Assembly: GCA_039588295.1 (NCBI GenBank) | Contig: JBDHAB010000021.1 | Coordinates: 22,947-86,946, forward strand | Reading direction: 5' to 3' | Source of the DNA: Gemmatimonadota bacterium | GTDB taxonomy: Bacteria > Gemmatimonadota > Gemmatimonadetes > Gemmatimonadales > GWC2-71-9 | DNA: 64,000 nucleotides | In this document: positions 29,827 through 39,780 of the stretch, one piece after another | Layout of the letters: every line of letters starts with the position of its first letter | Numbering within the stretch: the stretch's first letter is position 1 | Made by a program: the position numbers and the translations under genes | Notes under the pieces: generated by a model | The model's database searches: none | What the model was told of the DNA's origin: nothing | The model's input: only the letters and a program-made list of their open reading frames with translations

Positions 29827-32800
29827 ATGAGACTGACGCGCCTCGAACTATCGGGGTTCAAGTCGTTCGCGGACACCGTCGACCTCGCCTTCGACGACGG
29901 CGTCACCGCCGTCGTCGGTCCGAACGGCTGCGGGAAGTCCAACATCTCAGATGCCGTTCGTTGGGTACTCGGCGAGCAGCGCGCCCGCTTGTTGCGCAGC
30001 ACGCGCATGGACGAGATCATTTTTCAGGGCTCGGTCAAGCGTCACCCAGTCAACATCTCCGAAGTCTCGTTGATCTTCGACAACAGTGACGGAGTGCTTC
30101 CCGTTTCGTACCACGAAGTGGCGATTACCCGCCGCCTCTCTCGCAGCGGGCAGAGCGAGTATTTCCTGAACCAGGCGCCTGTCCGACTCCGAGACATCAT
30201 GGATGTGCTGCGCGGAACCGGGCTCGGAAGCGACGCCGGAGTGGTGATCGAAGCGCAGATGATCGATCGGTTGTTGTCCGACAAGACAGAGGAGCGCCGC
30301 TCCCTGTTCGAGGAGGCAGCCGGGATCGGACACTACCGCGATCGGAAGGATGCCACTGAGCGCCGACTGGAGCGCACCGGTACCGATCTTCAACGGCTCG
30401 ACGACATCATCTCCGAGGTCCAAACCCAGGTGCGCAGCCTCGCGCGCCAGCGCGGGAAGACAGAACGACACGACCGGTACTCCACGGACCGGTTCGGAGT
30501 CGTCATGACGCTGGCGCGGCAGGATCTGGCCGACTTCGACGCCAACCACACGACATTGCGCGAGCGCATCGAGGCACTTCGCACCACGATTCCAGAAACC
30601 CGTCAGGTCCTCGAGACGCGTGAGCGGGCCCAGACGAAGCGATCGCAGGAACGATCTGCCGTCGAGATCCGTCGAACCGAGCTGGAACGACAGCTCGCCG
30701 AGGCGCGTATCGCCATCGAACGGTTGGAGGGCGATCTCAATCTGGCGGACGAGCGGCTGCAACACGCGGTCGAGCGCCGGGCAAGCGCGATCGAAGAGCG
30801 AGCGCAGGCTGAGGTGCACGCCGGCCAGGCCACGAGTGACCTGGAGGCCGCGCTCGCCGAACGGAACTCGGCGGCCGCCGCTCGCGAGTCCGTGCAGACG
30901 GAACTGGATCTCCGGTCCGCAACGGAAACCGAAGCCCGCGAGCAGTTCGGCCTCCAGCGTGCGGCCGTCCGTGAGCTCTCCGAGCAGCTGCAACGAAGGG
31001 CGGAGACCCTTCGCGCCCTGGCGGGAGAGCAAACGGCGTTACACCAGGACCTCGAGGAGCTGCGCCGCCAGGAGTCGGATCTGCGTTCCCGTCTCGCGGC
31101 CACGGCGCAGGAGCTTCGAACCGCCGAGTCGGAGCGCGCGTCCGCCGAGACCACCTTGGCCGAGCGCGAACGGCAGGTGCACGAGGCGGCAACCGAGCTT
31201 GAACGCGCTCGCCATCAACTGGCGGCGGCGCGTGAGCACGAGGCGGCGGTGCGGATCGAGCGGCGCGAGGTTGCAGACCGGAGCGAGCAGCTTGCCGCCC
31301 GACTCGACGCGCTCGCCGAGCTGGAGCGGACCCGCGAGGGGATGGACCCGGCGGTGCGTGCGCTGATGGAATCATCCGACCAGTTCGGCGGGGCGGTGCT
31401 CGGCCCGCTCAGCGATTTCCTCACCATCGAGGCGAGCGAGGCGCGCCTGGCGGAACGGCTCTTGGGTGAGTGGCTCCAAGCGGTGCTCGTCCAAAACGAC
31501 GCGGCCGTCGAGGCCATTCGTCGGTGGCATGCGGTGCAGAGTCCCGGGCCGCTGGTTCTGCTACCGGTCGACCCCGGCCCGAGTCGCGACCGCTTGGCTG
31601 ACACGACGACACCGGTGGGACTCGATGTGGACCCTCGTGCCGAAGCGTGGGTGCACGCGTTGCTGGGTGGAACCCGCCCCGGCGATGCGGACGGAAACGT
31701 CATCCGCCGCGCCAACGGCGCGGTGTTCCTGCCCGGCACGCCGGTATCGGGGCCCCTCAGCCGCCGGGCGGAACTGGAGCAACTGCGGCTCGACCTGGAG
31801 CGGACGCAGCGACGGCTCGACGAGCTGAAGGCCGCCGCCGCGGCCGCCGAGCAAGCCCACGTGGAAGGGGAGCGGGCAGTGGATGCGGCCGTGGAGCAGA
31901 ATTCGCGTGCTCGGGCAGCCCTACGTGACGCCGAAGGTGCGGATGACGACGCGGGCCGTCGCCTGCAGCGCGCCGAGCGAGAGCGGGACGAGGCCGACGC
32001 CGCCATCGAGCGGGTTGCGCACCGCATTGAGGAACGGGACACCAGGCTCCAGTCCGTCGCCGGAGAACTCGCGACAGGTGACGACGAGCGCGCGCGCTTG
32101 ACCGAGCAGCTCGCCACGCAGCAGGCAGCGCAGGAGGACCTCGAGTCCGCCCAGGATGCTGCCCGAGAACGGCGCGTGCATTGGCAGGTCGAGGAGGTAC
32201 AAGTCTCGGCGCGCGAACAGGCGGCCATCGAACGAGAGACCCGCGCCCGTGCATCGTTGGATGCAGCGAACGCCGCCATCGCCCGTCTGGACACGGAGCT
32301 CGAAGAGATCGGACGCACCTCCGAGGAGTTAACCGGGCAGCGCAGCGAATGGAGTGACAAGCTGGCAGAACAACGGGTAGCGGTGCAGGAGATGGAGGCG
32401 GCGACACGTGCCGCAAACGCCGCGGTCGAGACGGCGGAGAGCCAACTCACCGAGGCCGCCCGCACGGTCGACGAGGCCCGGACAACCCTCGGCCGCGAAA
32501 GTGAAGAGCTCCATCGGTTCGAGCTCGAGCTCACGGAGGCACAGGGCCGTCGCCAGGCGATGATCGAACGCATTGAGACCGAGTGGCACAAACCGATTGC
32601 CGTGTTACTCGAGGAGGCACCCACGATCGATGGCGACCCCGATCAGCTGCGAGCCGAAGCGGAGCGGCTGGCCGCCGAGCTGGAGCGCATCGGCCCGGTA
32701 AATCCCCTCGCCGTCGAGGAGCATGCGGAGGAAACCAAGCGACTCGAGTTTCTTCAGAGTCAACGTGACGATCTCGTGGCGGCGCGCGACTCACTTCGAC

Positions 32801-33303
32801 AAGCGCTCCGGGAAATCGAGACGACGGCACGGCAGATGTTCCTGGAGACATTCGCGGTGGTAAAGCAGAATTTCCTCACCGTGTTCCAGACGTTGTTCGA
32901 TGGTGGGGAGTGCGACGTGCGGCTGATGAACGAAAGCGATCCGCTGGAGAGCGAAATTCAGATCAGTGCCGCTCCGCGCGGCAAGCGTACGCAGCGGATT
33001 CACCTTCTGTCCACCGGCGAGCGGGCGCTCGTGGCCATCTCGCTCCTCTTCGCCATCTATCTCACCAAGCCAGCACCGTTCTGTCTGCTCGACGAAGTGG
33101 ACGCACCATTGGACGACGCGAACGTCATGCGATTCGTGCGGTTGCTCGAAGAGTTCAAATCGGACACACAGTTCATCGTGATCACCCACAATCCGCGCAC
33201 GATGCAGGTGGCGGACGCGGTCTACGGCGTGACCATGCAGGAACCGGGTGTCTCCACGATCGTCGGCGTGCGGCTGGGGGAAGTCGGATCATCGGTCGCC
33301 TGA
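29827..33303 (+). CDS. smc: Chromosome segregation protein SMC
   Basis: GFKSF, GPNGCGKSN, long coiled coils with hinge, LSTGE, LDEVDAPLD. Confidence 0.95.
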   Translation: MRLTRLELSGFKSFADTVDLAFDDGVTAVVGPNGCGKSNISDAVRWVLGEQRARLLRSTRMDEIIFQGSVKRHPVNISEVSLIFDNSDGVLPVSYHEVAITRRLSRSGQSEYFLNQAPVRLRDIMDVLRGTGLGSDAGVVIEAQMIDRLLSDKTEERRSLFEEAAGIGHYRDRKDATERRLERTGTDLQRLDDIISEVQTQVRSLARQRGKTERHDRYSTDRFGVVMTLARQDLADFDANHTTLRERIEALRTTIPETRQVLETRERAQTKRSQERSAVEIRRTELERQLAEARIAIERLEGDLNLADERLQHAVERRASAIEERAQAEVHAGQATSDLEAALAERNSAAAARESVQTELDLRSATETEAREQFGLQRAAVRELSEQLQRRAETLRALAGEQTALHQDLEELRRQESDLRSRLAATAQELRTAESERASAETTLAERERQVHEAATELERARHQLAAAREHEAAVRIERREVADRSEQLAARLDALAELERTREGMDPAVRALMESSDQFGGAVLGPLSDFLTIEASEARLAERLLGEWLQAVLVQNDAAVEAIRRWHAVQSPGPLVLLPVDPGPSRDRLADTTTPVGLDVDPRAEAWVHALLGGTRPGDADGNVIRRANGAVFLPGTPVSGPLSRRAELEQLRLDLERTQRRLDELKAAAAAAEQAHVEGERAVDAAVEQNSRARAALRDAEGADDDAGRRLQRAERERDEADAAIERVAHRIEERDTRLQSVAGELATGDDERARLTEQLATQQAAQEDLESAQDAARERRVHWQVEEVQVSAREQAAIERETRARASLDAANAAIARLDTELEEIGRTSEELTGQRSEWSDKLAEQRVAVQEMEAATRAANAAVETAESQLTEAARTVDEARTTLGRESEELHRFELELTEAQGRRQAMIERIETEWHKPIAVLLEEAPTIDGDPDQLRAEAERLAAELERIGPVNPLAVEEHAEETKRLEFLQSQRDDLVAARDSLRQALREIETTARQMFLETFAVVKQNFLTVFQTLFDGGECDVRLMNESDPLESEIQISAAPRGKRTQRIHLLSTGERALVAISLLFAIYLTKPAPFCLLDEVDAPLDDANVMRFVRLLEEFKSDTQFIVITHNPRTMQVADAVYGVTMQEPGVSTIVGVRLGEVGSSVA

Positions 33304-35564
33304 CACGCATCCTCGTCGTCTGCGCAGCACTCTGTGTCGCTCGGGGGTTGGCGGCGCAACAGCCGACCATCTCACCGCAACTCGAACGAGTCCTCGGGCG
33401 CGATACGCTGATTACGGTCTGGTTCTTCGGCGCGCCAGATCGATCACTCGACGACGTTGCACGCGTGGTGCTCGCGCTGAACGGGACCATTCGGCACCGA
33501 AGCCGATGGTTGCACGCCGTCTCAGCGCAGGTCCCGGCCCCCGCAATCAGCCTGGCCCGCACTCGCGGCGAGCTCCGCCACATCCAGCTCGTCGCGCGCT
33601 TCCGCGCGGCGCCAGAGCCATCGGCCGCGGCCCCGCTATCGCTCGGGCCGCCCGTGGGCGGAAGCGCCGCAGATACCGCCTACGGGCCGTCCGCCATGCC
33701 GCTCGAGCGCCTCAACCTGTTTCCCTTGGCTTCGCGCGGCGTCAAGGGAGCCGGGATCACGATCGCGGTATTCGACACCGGCTTCGAGACCGAGTTACCG
33801 GCCTTCGCGGCCACGAATGTGGCGGCACAGCACGACTTTGTATTCGGTGATTCGGTCGTGCGCAACGAGCCGGCGGATGTCGCCACCGCATCACGCCATG
33901 GAACGGAGACGTGGTCGCTCCTTGGAGCAAGCGTCTTCGGACAGATCATCGGCATCGCTCCCGAAGCGGATTACCTCCTGGCAAAAACGGAAGACATCCG
34001 GTCGGAGACGAGGGTCGAGGAGGACCACTGGGTTGCGGCGATCGAATGGGCAGACTCGCTCGGGGCGCACGTCGTGAGCTCGAGTCTCTCCTACTTCGCG
34101 TTCGATGGCGGGTTCAGTTACCAGCCACAAGACCTCAACGGCGACGTCGCGGTGACGACCGTGGCGGCGGATTCCGCCGCCGCACGGGGGATCGTCGTCG
34201 TAACCGCCGGAGGCAACAGCGGACCGGGCTTCCGGACGGTTCTGACACCCGGGGACGCGGATTCGGCCCTCACGACCGGAGCAGAGGACTCGCTCGGAGT
34301 GCTTGCAAGCTTCAGTGCCCGTGGTCCGACCGCCGACGGGCGCCTCAAACCGGACTTCGTCGCCCCCGGTGTCAGCGTCTTCGTCGTCGACCCGACCTCG
34401 GGAACAGGATTCGCACGCGCGTCCGGCACCTCGTTCGGCACTCCCATCATCGCCGGCGCCGTTGCACTGATCCGGCAACTCCATCCGACGTATTCGGCCG
34501 TCGATGTCATCGACGCGATGCGACGCACGGCGGACCAGCGCAACCAGCCCGACTCCAGTCGTGGCTGGGGGCGTCCCGATGCGGCCGCGGCGGCATTCTT
34601 CCCGCACGGGATCGTCGTGAGCGCCCCCGTGGTCTCGCAGCTGACTTCGGTCACCCCCGGTTTCACCTGGACCGTTCCCGATGTTCCGGCAATCGCTTCC
34701 CCCGTGGAGTTCCGGTTGGCCGTCGCACGCGACTCGGCATTGACACTGATCGTGTTGGACACCGTGGTCTCGGCATCCCCGGTGACACTCGCGCCACAGA
34801 GTTCCGGCACCCAGCTGTGGTACAAGCTGACTGCCATCGCAGTGGATTCGGTACGCTTCGAGACACCATCCACCGGCCGGTTCATCGTGCCGGCTTGGGT
34901 CGAGTTGCTCGAGCCCGACGGCCCGGACGGCACAACCGTCCGAGACCTGCGACCCACCTTCCGGTGGATATCCCCGGCTGCGTCGGCGCCACCAGGGCCG
35001 TTTCGCTACGACGTCATGATCGTTCGAGCCGACGACGGTGCGACGGAGCTCGAGGCGTTTGACCTCACCGCGACCCAGTTCGTCCCACCCCGCGATCTGG
35101 AGCGCAACACGCCGTATCGATGGAGCGTCATTGCACGGCTCGGTCAAGGGAGTTTCACCGCGGAGAGCCAAGGCACGTTTATCATCATCGATGAGTCCGC
35201 CCCACCCGCGACGCTGTTGTTCCAGAATTTCCCCAATCCGTTCCCCATCCAGGGCGGCGGTCGCGCGAGCACGTGCATCTGGTTTGATCTCGCATCGGAT
35301 GGGCGGGTGCAGCTCGACATTCTCGACGTGCGAGGACACGTGGTGCGGAACCTCGTTCCGGGGACGGCGTTCCCCGCCACCCTCCAGGCTGGGCGCCATG
35401 GAAGACCGGCGGTGGAAGGGACGGGGAGTTGCGACCCGCGACTCGAATGGGACGGTACGGCGTCCAGCGGCACAACGGTACCGCCAGGCGTCTACGTGAT
35501 CCGGCTGCAGACCCCGGACGGATCCTTCTTCAAGCGAGTGGTGTTTCTCGGCGCAGGCCTCTGA
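33300..35564 (+). CDS. Secreted S8 (subtilisin-like) peptidase with C-terminal FlgD/sorting-like domain
   Basis: Triad FDTG, HGT, GTSFGTP; LFQNFPNPF...WDG...PGVYVIRL; probable CTG start overlapping the smc stop. Confidence 0.85.
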   Translation: MTRILVVCAALCVARGLAAQQPTISPQLERVLGRDTLITVWFFGAPDRSLDDVARVVLALNGTIRHRSRWLHAVSAQVPAPAISLARTRGELRHIQLVARFRAAPEPSAAAPLSLGPPVGGSAADTAYGPSAMPLERLNLFPLASRGVKGAGITIAVFDTGFETELPAFAATNVAAQHDFVFGDSVVRNEPADVATASRHGTETWSLLGASVFGQIIGIAPEADYLLAKTEDIRSETRVEEDHWVAAIEWADSLGAHVVSSSLSYFAFDGGFSYQPQDLNGDVAVTTVAADSAAARGIVVVTAGGNSGPGFRTVLTPGDADSALTTGAEDSLGVLASFSARGPTADGRLKPDFVAPGVSVFVVDPTSGTGFARASGTSFGTPIIAGAVALIRQLHPTYSAVDVIDAMRRTADQRNQPDSSRGWGRPDAAAAAFFPHGIVVSAPVVSQLTSVTPGFTWTVPDVPAIASPVEFRLAVARDSALTLIVLDTVVSASPVTLAPQSSGTQLWYKLTAIAVDSVRFETPSTGRFIVPAWVELLEPDGPDGTTVRDLRPTFRWISPAASAPPGPFRYDVMIVRADDGATELEAFDLTATQFVPPRDLERNTPYRWSVIARLGQGSFTAESQGTFIIIDESAPPATLLFQNFPNPFPIQGGGRASTCIWFDLASDGRVQLDILDVRGHVVRNLVPGTAFPATLQAGRHGRPAVEGTGSCDPRLEWDGTASSGTTVPPGVYVIRLQTPDGSFFKRVVFLGAGL

Positions 35565-35565
35565 G

Positions 35566-36324
35566 ATGGATCTCACCGTCCTGGGCAGCGGCACCGTCGC
35601 CCCCGAGAGGGACCGCACCCCCGCGGCGTACTGGGTCGACACCACGTCCGTGCAGTTGCTCCTGGACTGCGGGTCGGGAACGCTCAATCGTGCGGTGACA
35701 TTCGGGATCCCATGGGCCGACGCCACGCACGTGGCCGTGACACACTTCCACGTTGACCACTGGGGCGAGCTACCCCTCTTCCTCTTCGCCCTGCGTTGGG
35801 GAATCGAGCCGCCGCGAGCCGACCCGCTCATCGTGATTGGCCCTCGCGGGCTGCGCTCACGTCTCACGATGCTGGCGGAGGCCTACGGCGCCTGGGTGAC
35901 TGCTCCCGAGTTCGGCATCGAGATCGTAGAACTCGAGCCGGGGGCACACTTGGAGCTCGCACCCCACGTGGAGCTGGAGGCATTCAAGACACCGCACACC
36001 GACGAGAGCGTGGCCTACGCCGTGCAGGACGGGACCGCACGGCTGGTGTACACTGGAGATACCGGGTTCGACGAGACCTTGGCCGACTGGGCCTCTGGCT
36101 GCAACCTCATGCTTGCGGAGTGCTCGCTCCCCGACGATCGCAAGATCGAGGGGCACCTCACACCCTCGTTGGCAGGCAAGCTCGCGCAACGCGCCGACAC
36201 CCGCAGATTGGTGCTGACCCACTTCTATCCGGTTTTCGGAGACGTGGATCCTGCGGCCCTCGCGGCGGTACACTATGCAGGCGATGTGACCGCCGCCCGG
36301 GACGGCGATCGGTTCTCGCTCTGA
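35566..36324 (+). CDS. RNase Z/BN-like MBL-fold hydrolase
   Basis: LGSG, DCGSG, THFHVDH, YTGDT, HLT, LTHFYP. Confidence 0.85.
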   Translation: MDLTVLGSGTVAPERDRTPAAYWVDTTSVQLLLDCGSGTLNRAVTFGIPWADATHVAVTHFHVDHWGELPLFLFALRWGIEPPRADPLIVIGPRGLRSRLTMLAEAYGAWVTAPEFGIEIVELEPGAHLELAPHVELEAFKTPHTDESVAYAVQDGTARLVYTGDTGFDETLADWASGCNLMLAECSLPDDRKIEGHLTPSLAGKLAQRADTRRLVLTHFYPVFGDVDPAALAAVHYAGDVTAARDGDRFSL

Positions 36325-36355
36325 CCACGTCGCGCGGATATCTGCAGGAGGTTGG

Positions 36356-36997
36356 ATGGTTCGGTCCCTAACAATCTTTCTTCTCTGGGCAGCTCCTCTG
36401 CTCGGCCAGGACGCTCGCGCAGCGCTCGAACGGGCTGAGCGGACGTACCAGACGCTCTCGACGCTCACCGCTGAGTACCGACAGACCCTGGTGAACCCGA
36501 TGCTGGGCGGCCCAGAACAATCGCGAGGTCTGCTCTTCCTTGCGCCTCCAAGCCGTTTTGCCATGCGGTTCACCGAGCCCGAAGGCGAGCGCATCGTGGC
36601 CGACGGTCAGTCGCTGTGGTTGTACGCTCCCAGCAGCGCTCCGCGCCAGGTGATCCGACGCCCGATTCCGCGGGGTGGCATGGCGTCGCCGAACCTCATG
36701 GCGCAATTCGTGGATCGGCCGTTCGACCGGTACGACGTCGAGTATGCCGGCGTTGACACGCTTTCCGGCACGGTGGTCGATGTGGTCACGCTCCGGCCAC
36801 AGGACCGAGGGCTGGGGTTCACGGTGGCCCAAATCGCGATCGCGCGAAGTGATGGGCTACTCCGTCGGATCGCGATCACAGAAGTCTCGGGTCAGCGCCG
36901 AACCTTGGTGTTCGACCGCCTGCGCGCCAATATTCCCATCGCCGCGGACGAGTTGCGCTTCGACATTCCAACTGGCGTTCGCGTCGTCCAGCCGTAA
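36356..36997 (+). CDS. lolA: Outer membrane lipoprotein carrier LolA family
   Basis: Signal peptide, PSRFAMRFTEPEGERIVADGQSLWLY, FDIPTGV. Confidence 0.8.
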   Translation: MVRSLTIFLLWAAPLLGQDARAALERAERTYQTLSTLTAEYRQTLVNPMLGGPEQSRGLLFLAPPSRFAMRFTEPEGERIVADGQSLWLYAPSSAPRQVIRRPIPRGGMASPNLMAQFVDRPFDRYDVEYAGVDTLSGTVVDVVTLRPQDRGLGFTVAQIAIARSDGLLRRIAITEVSGQRRTLVFDRLRANIPIAADELRFDIPTGVRVVQP

Positions 36998-37030
36998 GAC
37001 CGACCCGGGGGGGTGATACCCCACACGAAC

Positions 37031-37065
37031 GAGGGCGAGCAGCCTTCCTTCAGCTGCTCGCCCTC
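37031..37065. terminator. Hairpin between convergent lolA and ctpA
   Basis: GAGGGCGAGCAGC / GCTGCTCGCCCTC perfect 13-bp stem. Confidence 0.7.
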
Positions 37066-37094
37066 CGCGCGTTCGACCCCACCGGGATGCACTC

Positions 37095-38720
37095 CTACGG
37101 AGTCTTGTCCGCCTCCTGCGTCTCGCGTTCCGCAAGCGCGAACAGCTCGGGCTGGGTCCCGACGGTCCGCAGGAGCTCGAGACCCTTCTGAACCTGCGGG
37201 TCGTTCTCGAGCCGCCGTAGGCTCTCGGATTCGCGACCGAACACATAGCGCTGCACTTCGTACGTGAACTGCTGATCGATGAGCCGCTGCGCGCCTCGAA
37301 TCGCAGCACCGGACACGTCGATCCCTCGCTCGTCCAGGCGTCGGACCAGCTCCCATCGCATTTCGTTGGTCACCTGGAAGCGGGAGCTTTGCACGGCGTC
37401 GGCCCCCTTCAACTCCAACGCATAGCTCGTCATCACATCGCGATAAAGCGGGATCTGGGCCCCGAGGTCCTCCAGGAATTCCTGCTCGCTATCGAGCAGT
37501 GTGTCGGGATACACGGTGAGATCCGGACGAATGCCACCGCCACCACTCAGCAGTCGCCCGCCAGACGTGCGAAACATGACCGAGTCACTCGGCGTCACTT
37601 CCGGCTGGACATCTTCCGACGCGTCAGCAACGAGGGCGGCCGTCGGGTCACGGCTGGGGCGCTGAATCGTGCGACCACTCGGCGTGTACCACCTCGCCGT
37701 GGTGAGACGCAACGCCTGCTTACGACCCAACCGAAAGACCGTCTGCACCAGGCCCTTCCCGAACGTGGGGAGGCCAACGAGAAGTGCGCGGTCATAATCC
37801 TGAAGCGCCCCCGCGATAATCTCGGCGGCGCTCGCCGTTCCTCCGTTCACCAGCACGACGATCGGCATGTCCGGCCAACGCTGCTCTGCTCCGGCACGGT
37901 ACGATTCGGTCGTGCCACGCGCCCTGCCGCGCGTCGACACGACCACCTTGCCCGGATCGAGGAACAGGTCGGCAACTTCGACTCCTTGATCCAGGAGACC
38001 ACCCGGGTTCGATCGCAGATCGAGGATCAGTGAGCGCGCCCCGCTGTCCCGGAGGCTGTCGACGGCCTGGGCCAACTCGCCCGCGATCGTCTCGCTGATG
38101 TTGGAATAGACGAGCGAAACGTACCCGATGTCGGGCTCGATGATCGTCGCGAGCTGGATCTGCTTCACGTGAATCTCAGCGCGTGTGATGGTAACCTCGA
38201 ACGGCTCCGGAATGCCGGGCCGGGCAACCCTGATCGTCACCTCTGTGTCAGGCTCACCTCGGAGTTCCCGGACCGCCTTGTCGTCCTTCCAGCCAAACGT
38301 CGATTCTCCATCGACGCTCACGATTCGGTCTCCCGTTTCGAGACCGGCCTCGTCCGCTGGCGTCGCCGCAATAGGGGCAATCACGGTAATCCAGCCGTCG
38401 CGGACGTCGATCCGTATGCCGAGACCACCGTAGTTGCCTGTCGTGCTCTCGGTCAGCTCGTCGAAATCTCGTTCCCGGAGGAAGCGGGCGTAGGGGTCGT
38501 CGAGCCGATCCAACAGACCGTCGATCGCCTTATCGTAGAGTTGGGCCTCGCTCACAGAATCGACGTAGAAGTCGGCAACATACCCAAGCACGTCGTCGAA
38601 CAGCCGGGCCTGCTGGTAGACGTTGCCCGCCTGGGCGGTCCCGCGCTGCAACAGCCATCCGCCCGAAACGAACGAGACGAGGCCCACTAGCGCGAGCAAC
38701 ATGATTCGCTGACCCTTCAT
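37095..38720 (-). CDS. ctpA: S41 carboxyl-terminal processing protease
   Basis: GLGI PDZ domain, LDLRSNPGG, TASAAEI, TFGKGLVQ. Confidence 0.92.
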   Translation of the reverse strand: MKGQRIMLLALVGLVSFVSGGWLLQRGTAQAGNVYQQARLFDDVLGYVADFYVDSVSEAQLYDKAIDGLLDRLDDPYARFLRERDFDELTESTTGNYGGLGIRIDVRDGWITVIAPIAATPADEAGLETGDRIVSVDGESTFGWKDDKAVRELRGEPDTEVTIRVARPGIPEPFEVTITRAEIHVKQIQLATIIEPDIGYVSLVYSNISETIAGELAQAVDSLRDSGARSLILDLRSNPGGLLDQGVEVADLFLDPGKVVVSTRGRARGTTESYRAGAEQRWPDMPIVVLVNGGTASAAEIIAGALQDYDRALLVGLPTFGKGLVQTVFRLGRKQALRLTTARWYTPSGRTIQRPSRDPTAALVADASEDVQPEVTPSDSVMFRTSGGRLLSGGGGIRPDLTVYPDTLLDSEQEFLEDLGAQIPLYRDVMTSYALELKGADAVQSSRFQVTNEMRWELVRRLDERGIDVSGAAIRGAQRLIDQQFTYEVQRYVFGRESESLRRLENDPQVQKGLELLRTVGTQPELFALAERETQEADKTP

Positions 38721-38760
38721 TGCATTCCTCCCACGCGATTCAGCACCGATTCAGACGAGC

Positions 38761-39408
38761 TCAACTGTCTGTTGAACCCATCGCTCCCTCCTCTGTTCCG
38801 CGAAGTCGTGCCCGGAGTTTCCCCCAGGCAGCCTCTTCTACTGCACCGGGCGGCTGCGTCGCGTCGAGATGCACCACGTCGGACCCACCGGCATCCAGGT
38901 AGAAGCGCGCCACGCGTTCGTGCAACGCCGAATCCTCCAGCTCCATCCGGTCGGGACGCTTGCCCTGCGCCAGCTGGCGCTCCCGCCCCACCGCCGGCGG
39001 CACATCCAGCACGAACGTAAGATCCGGGCGCAAGCCGCCGGTCGCCAGCCGATTCGCCGCGAGGACGTCCGACGACAGGAGCCCCCGGCCGGCCACCTGG
39101 TACGCCTCAGTGGACAGGTCGAACCGGTCACCGATGATCACCGATCCTCGAGCGAGCTGTGGGCGGAGCACCTTCTCCACCAGCTCGGCTCGCGCCGCCA
39201 GCACCAGGAACAGTTCGCCAACCGCCGTCCAGTCCCTGGCTGGATCCCACACGAGTGCGCGTGCTGCCTCCGCGGTCTCCGTACCTCCGGGTTCCCGAAC
39301 CTCCAGCACCTCGAGCCCGGCAGACCGAGCCCGCCGGGCCAATCCCTGCGCCAGGGTGGTCTTCCCCGCCCCATCGGGCCCTTCGACGACGACGAACAGG
39401 CCATGCAC
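38761..39408 (-). CDS. tmk: Thymidylate kinase
   Basis: EGPDGAGKTT, REPGGT, DRF..STEAYQ, PDLTFVLD. Confidence 0.95.
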   Translation of the reverse strand: MHGLFVVVEGPDGAGKTTLAQGLARRARSAGLEVLEVREPGGTETAEAARALVWDPARDWTAVGELFLVLAARAELVEKVLRPQLARGSVIIGDRFDLSTEAYQVAGRGLLSSDVLAANRLATGGLRPDLTFVLDVPPAVGRERQLAQGKRPDRMELEDSALHERVARFYLDAGGSDVVHLDATQPPGAVEEAAWGKLRARLRGTEEGAMGSTDS

Positions 39409-39421
39409 CGAAGCGCCTCGC

Positions 39422-39775
39422 CTAACCCAGCGTGATGATGCGGCTCTCCGCGCCCTTTTGCATACCTTCCATGATCTGCTCCTGGACGCGCAGCATCAGT
39501 TTGTCAAAGTTGGACTGCGAGGCCACCAGCCCCTGATAGGCAGGATTCGCCTGCACGTCCCCGAGCAGCTGCTCGTACTGTTCCGTTTCCGCCGAGTCGG
39601 GTTGGGTGCCTTCGGCGATCGTTCGCTCCAACTGGCTCGCGAGGCCCTCCAGCCGTTCGAGCTGCTGCTGGAGGTCCTTGTCCTCAGCAAGCGCGGCCCG
39701 TGCCCGGTGGAGCGCTTTGAACTCCTCACCCTGGCCAATGAGCTTGCCCAGTTCCTGCGCCTTTTCTCCGATCAC
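39422..39775 (-). CDS. YlbF/YmcA/YheA-family helical protein
   Basis: KAQELGKLI...EEFK, NPAYQ...F..LM..V...I. Confidence 0.75.
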   Translation of the reverse strand: MIGEKAQELGKLIGQGEEFKALHRARAALAEDKDLQQQLERLEGLASQLERTIAEGTQPDSAETEQYEQLLGDVQANPAYQGLVASQSNFDKLMLRVQEQIMEGMQKGAESRIITLG

Positions 39776-39780
39776 GTACC

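Noticed and set aside
33891..35867. 658 aa antisense ORF (and similar ones such as 7782-9212 and 31215-32624)
   Set aside because: Low-information translations opposite well-supported genes
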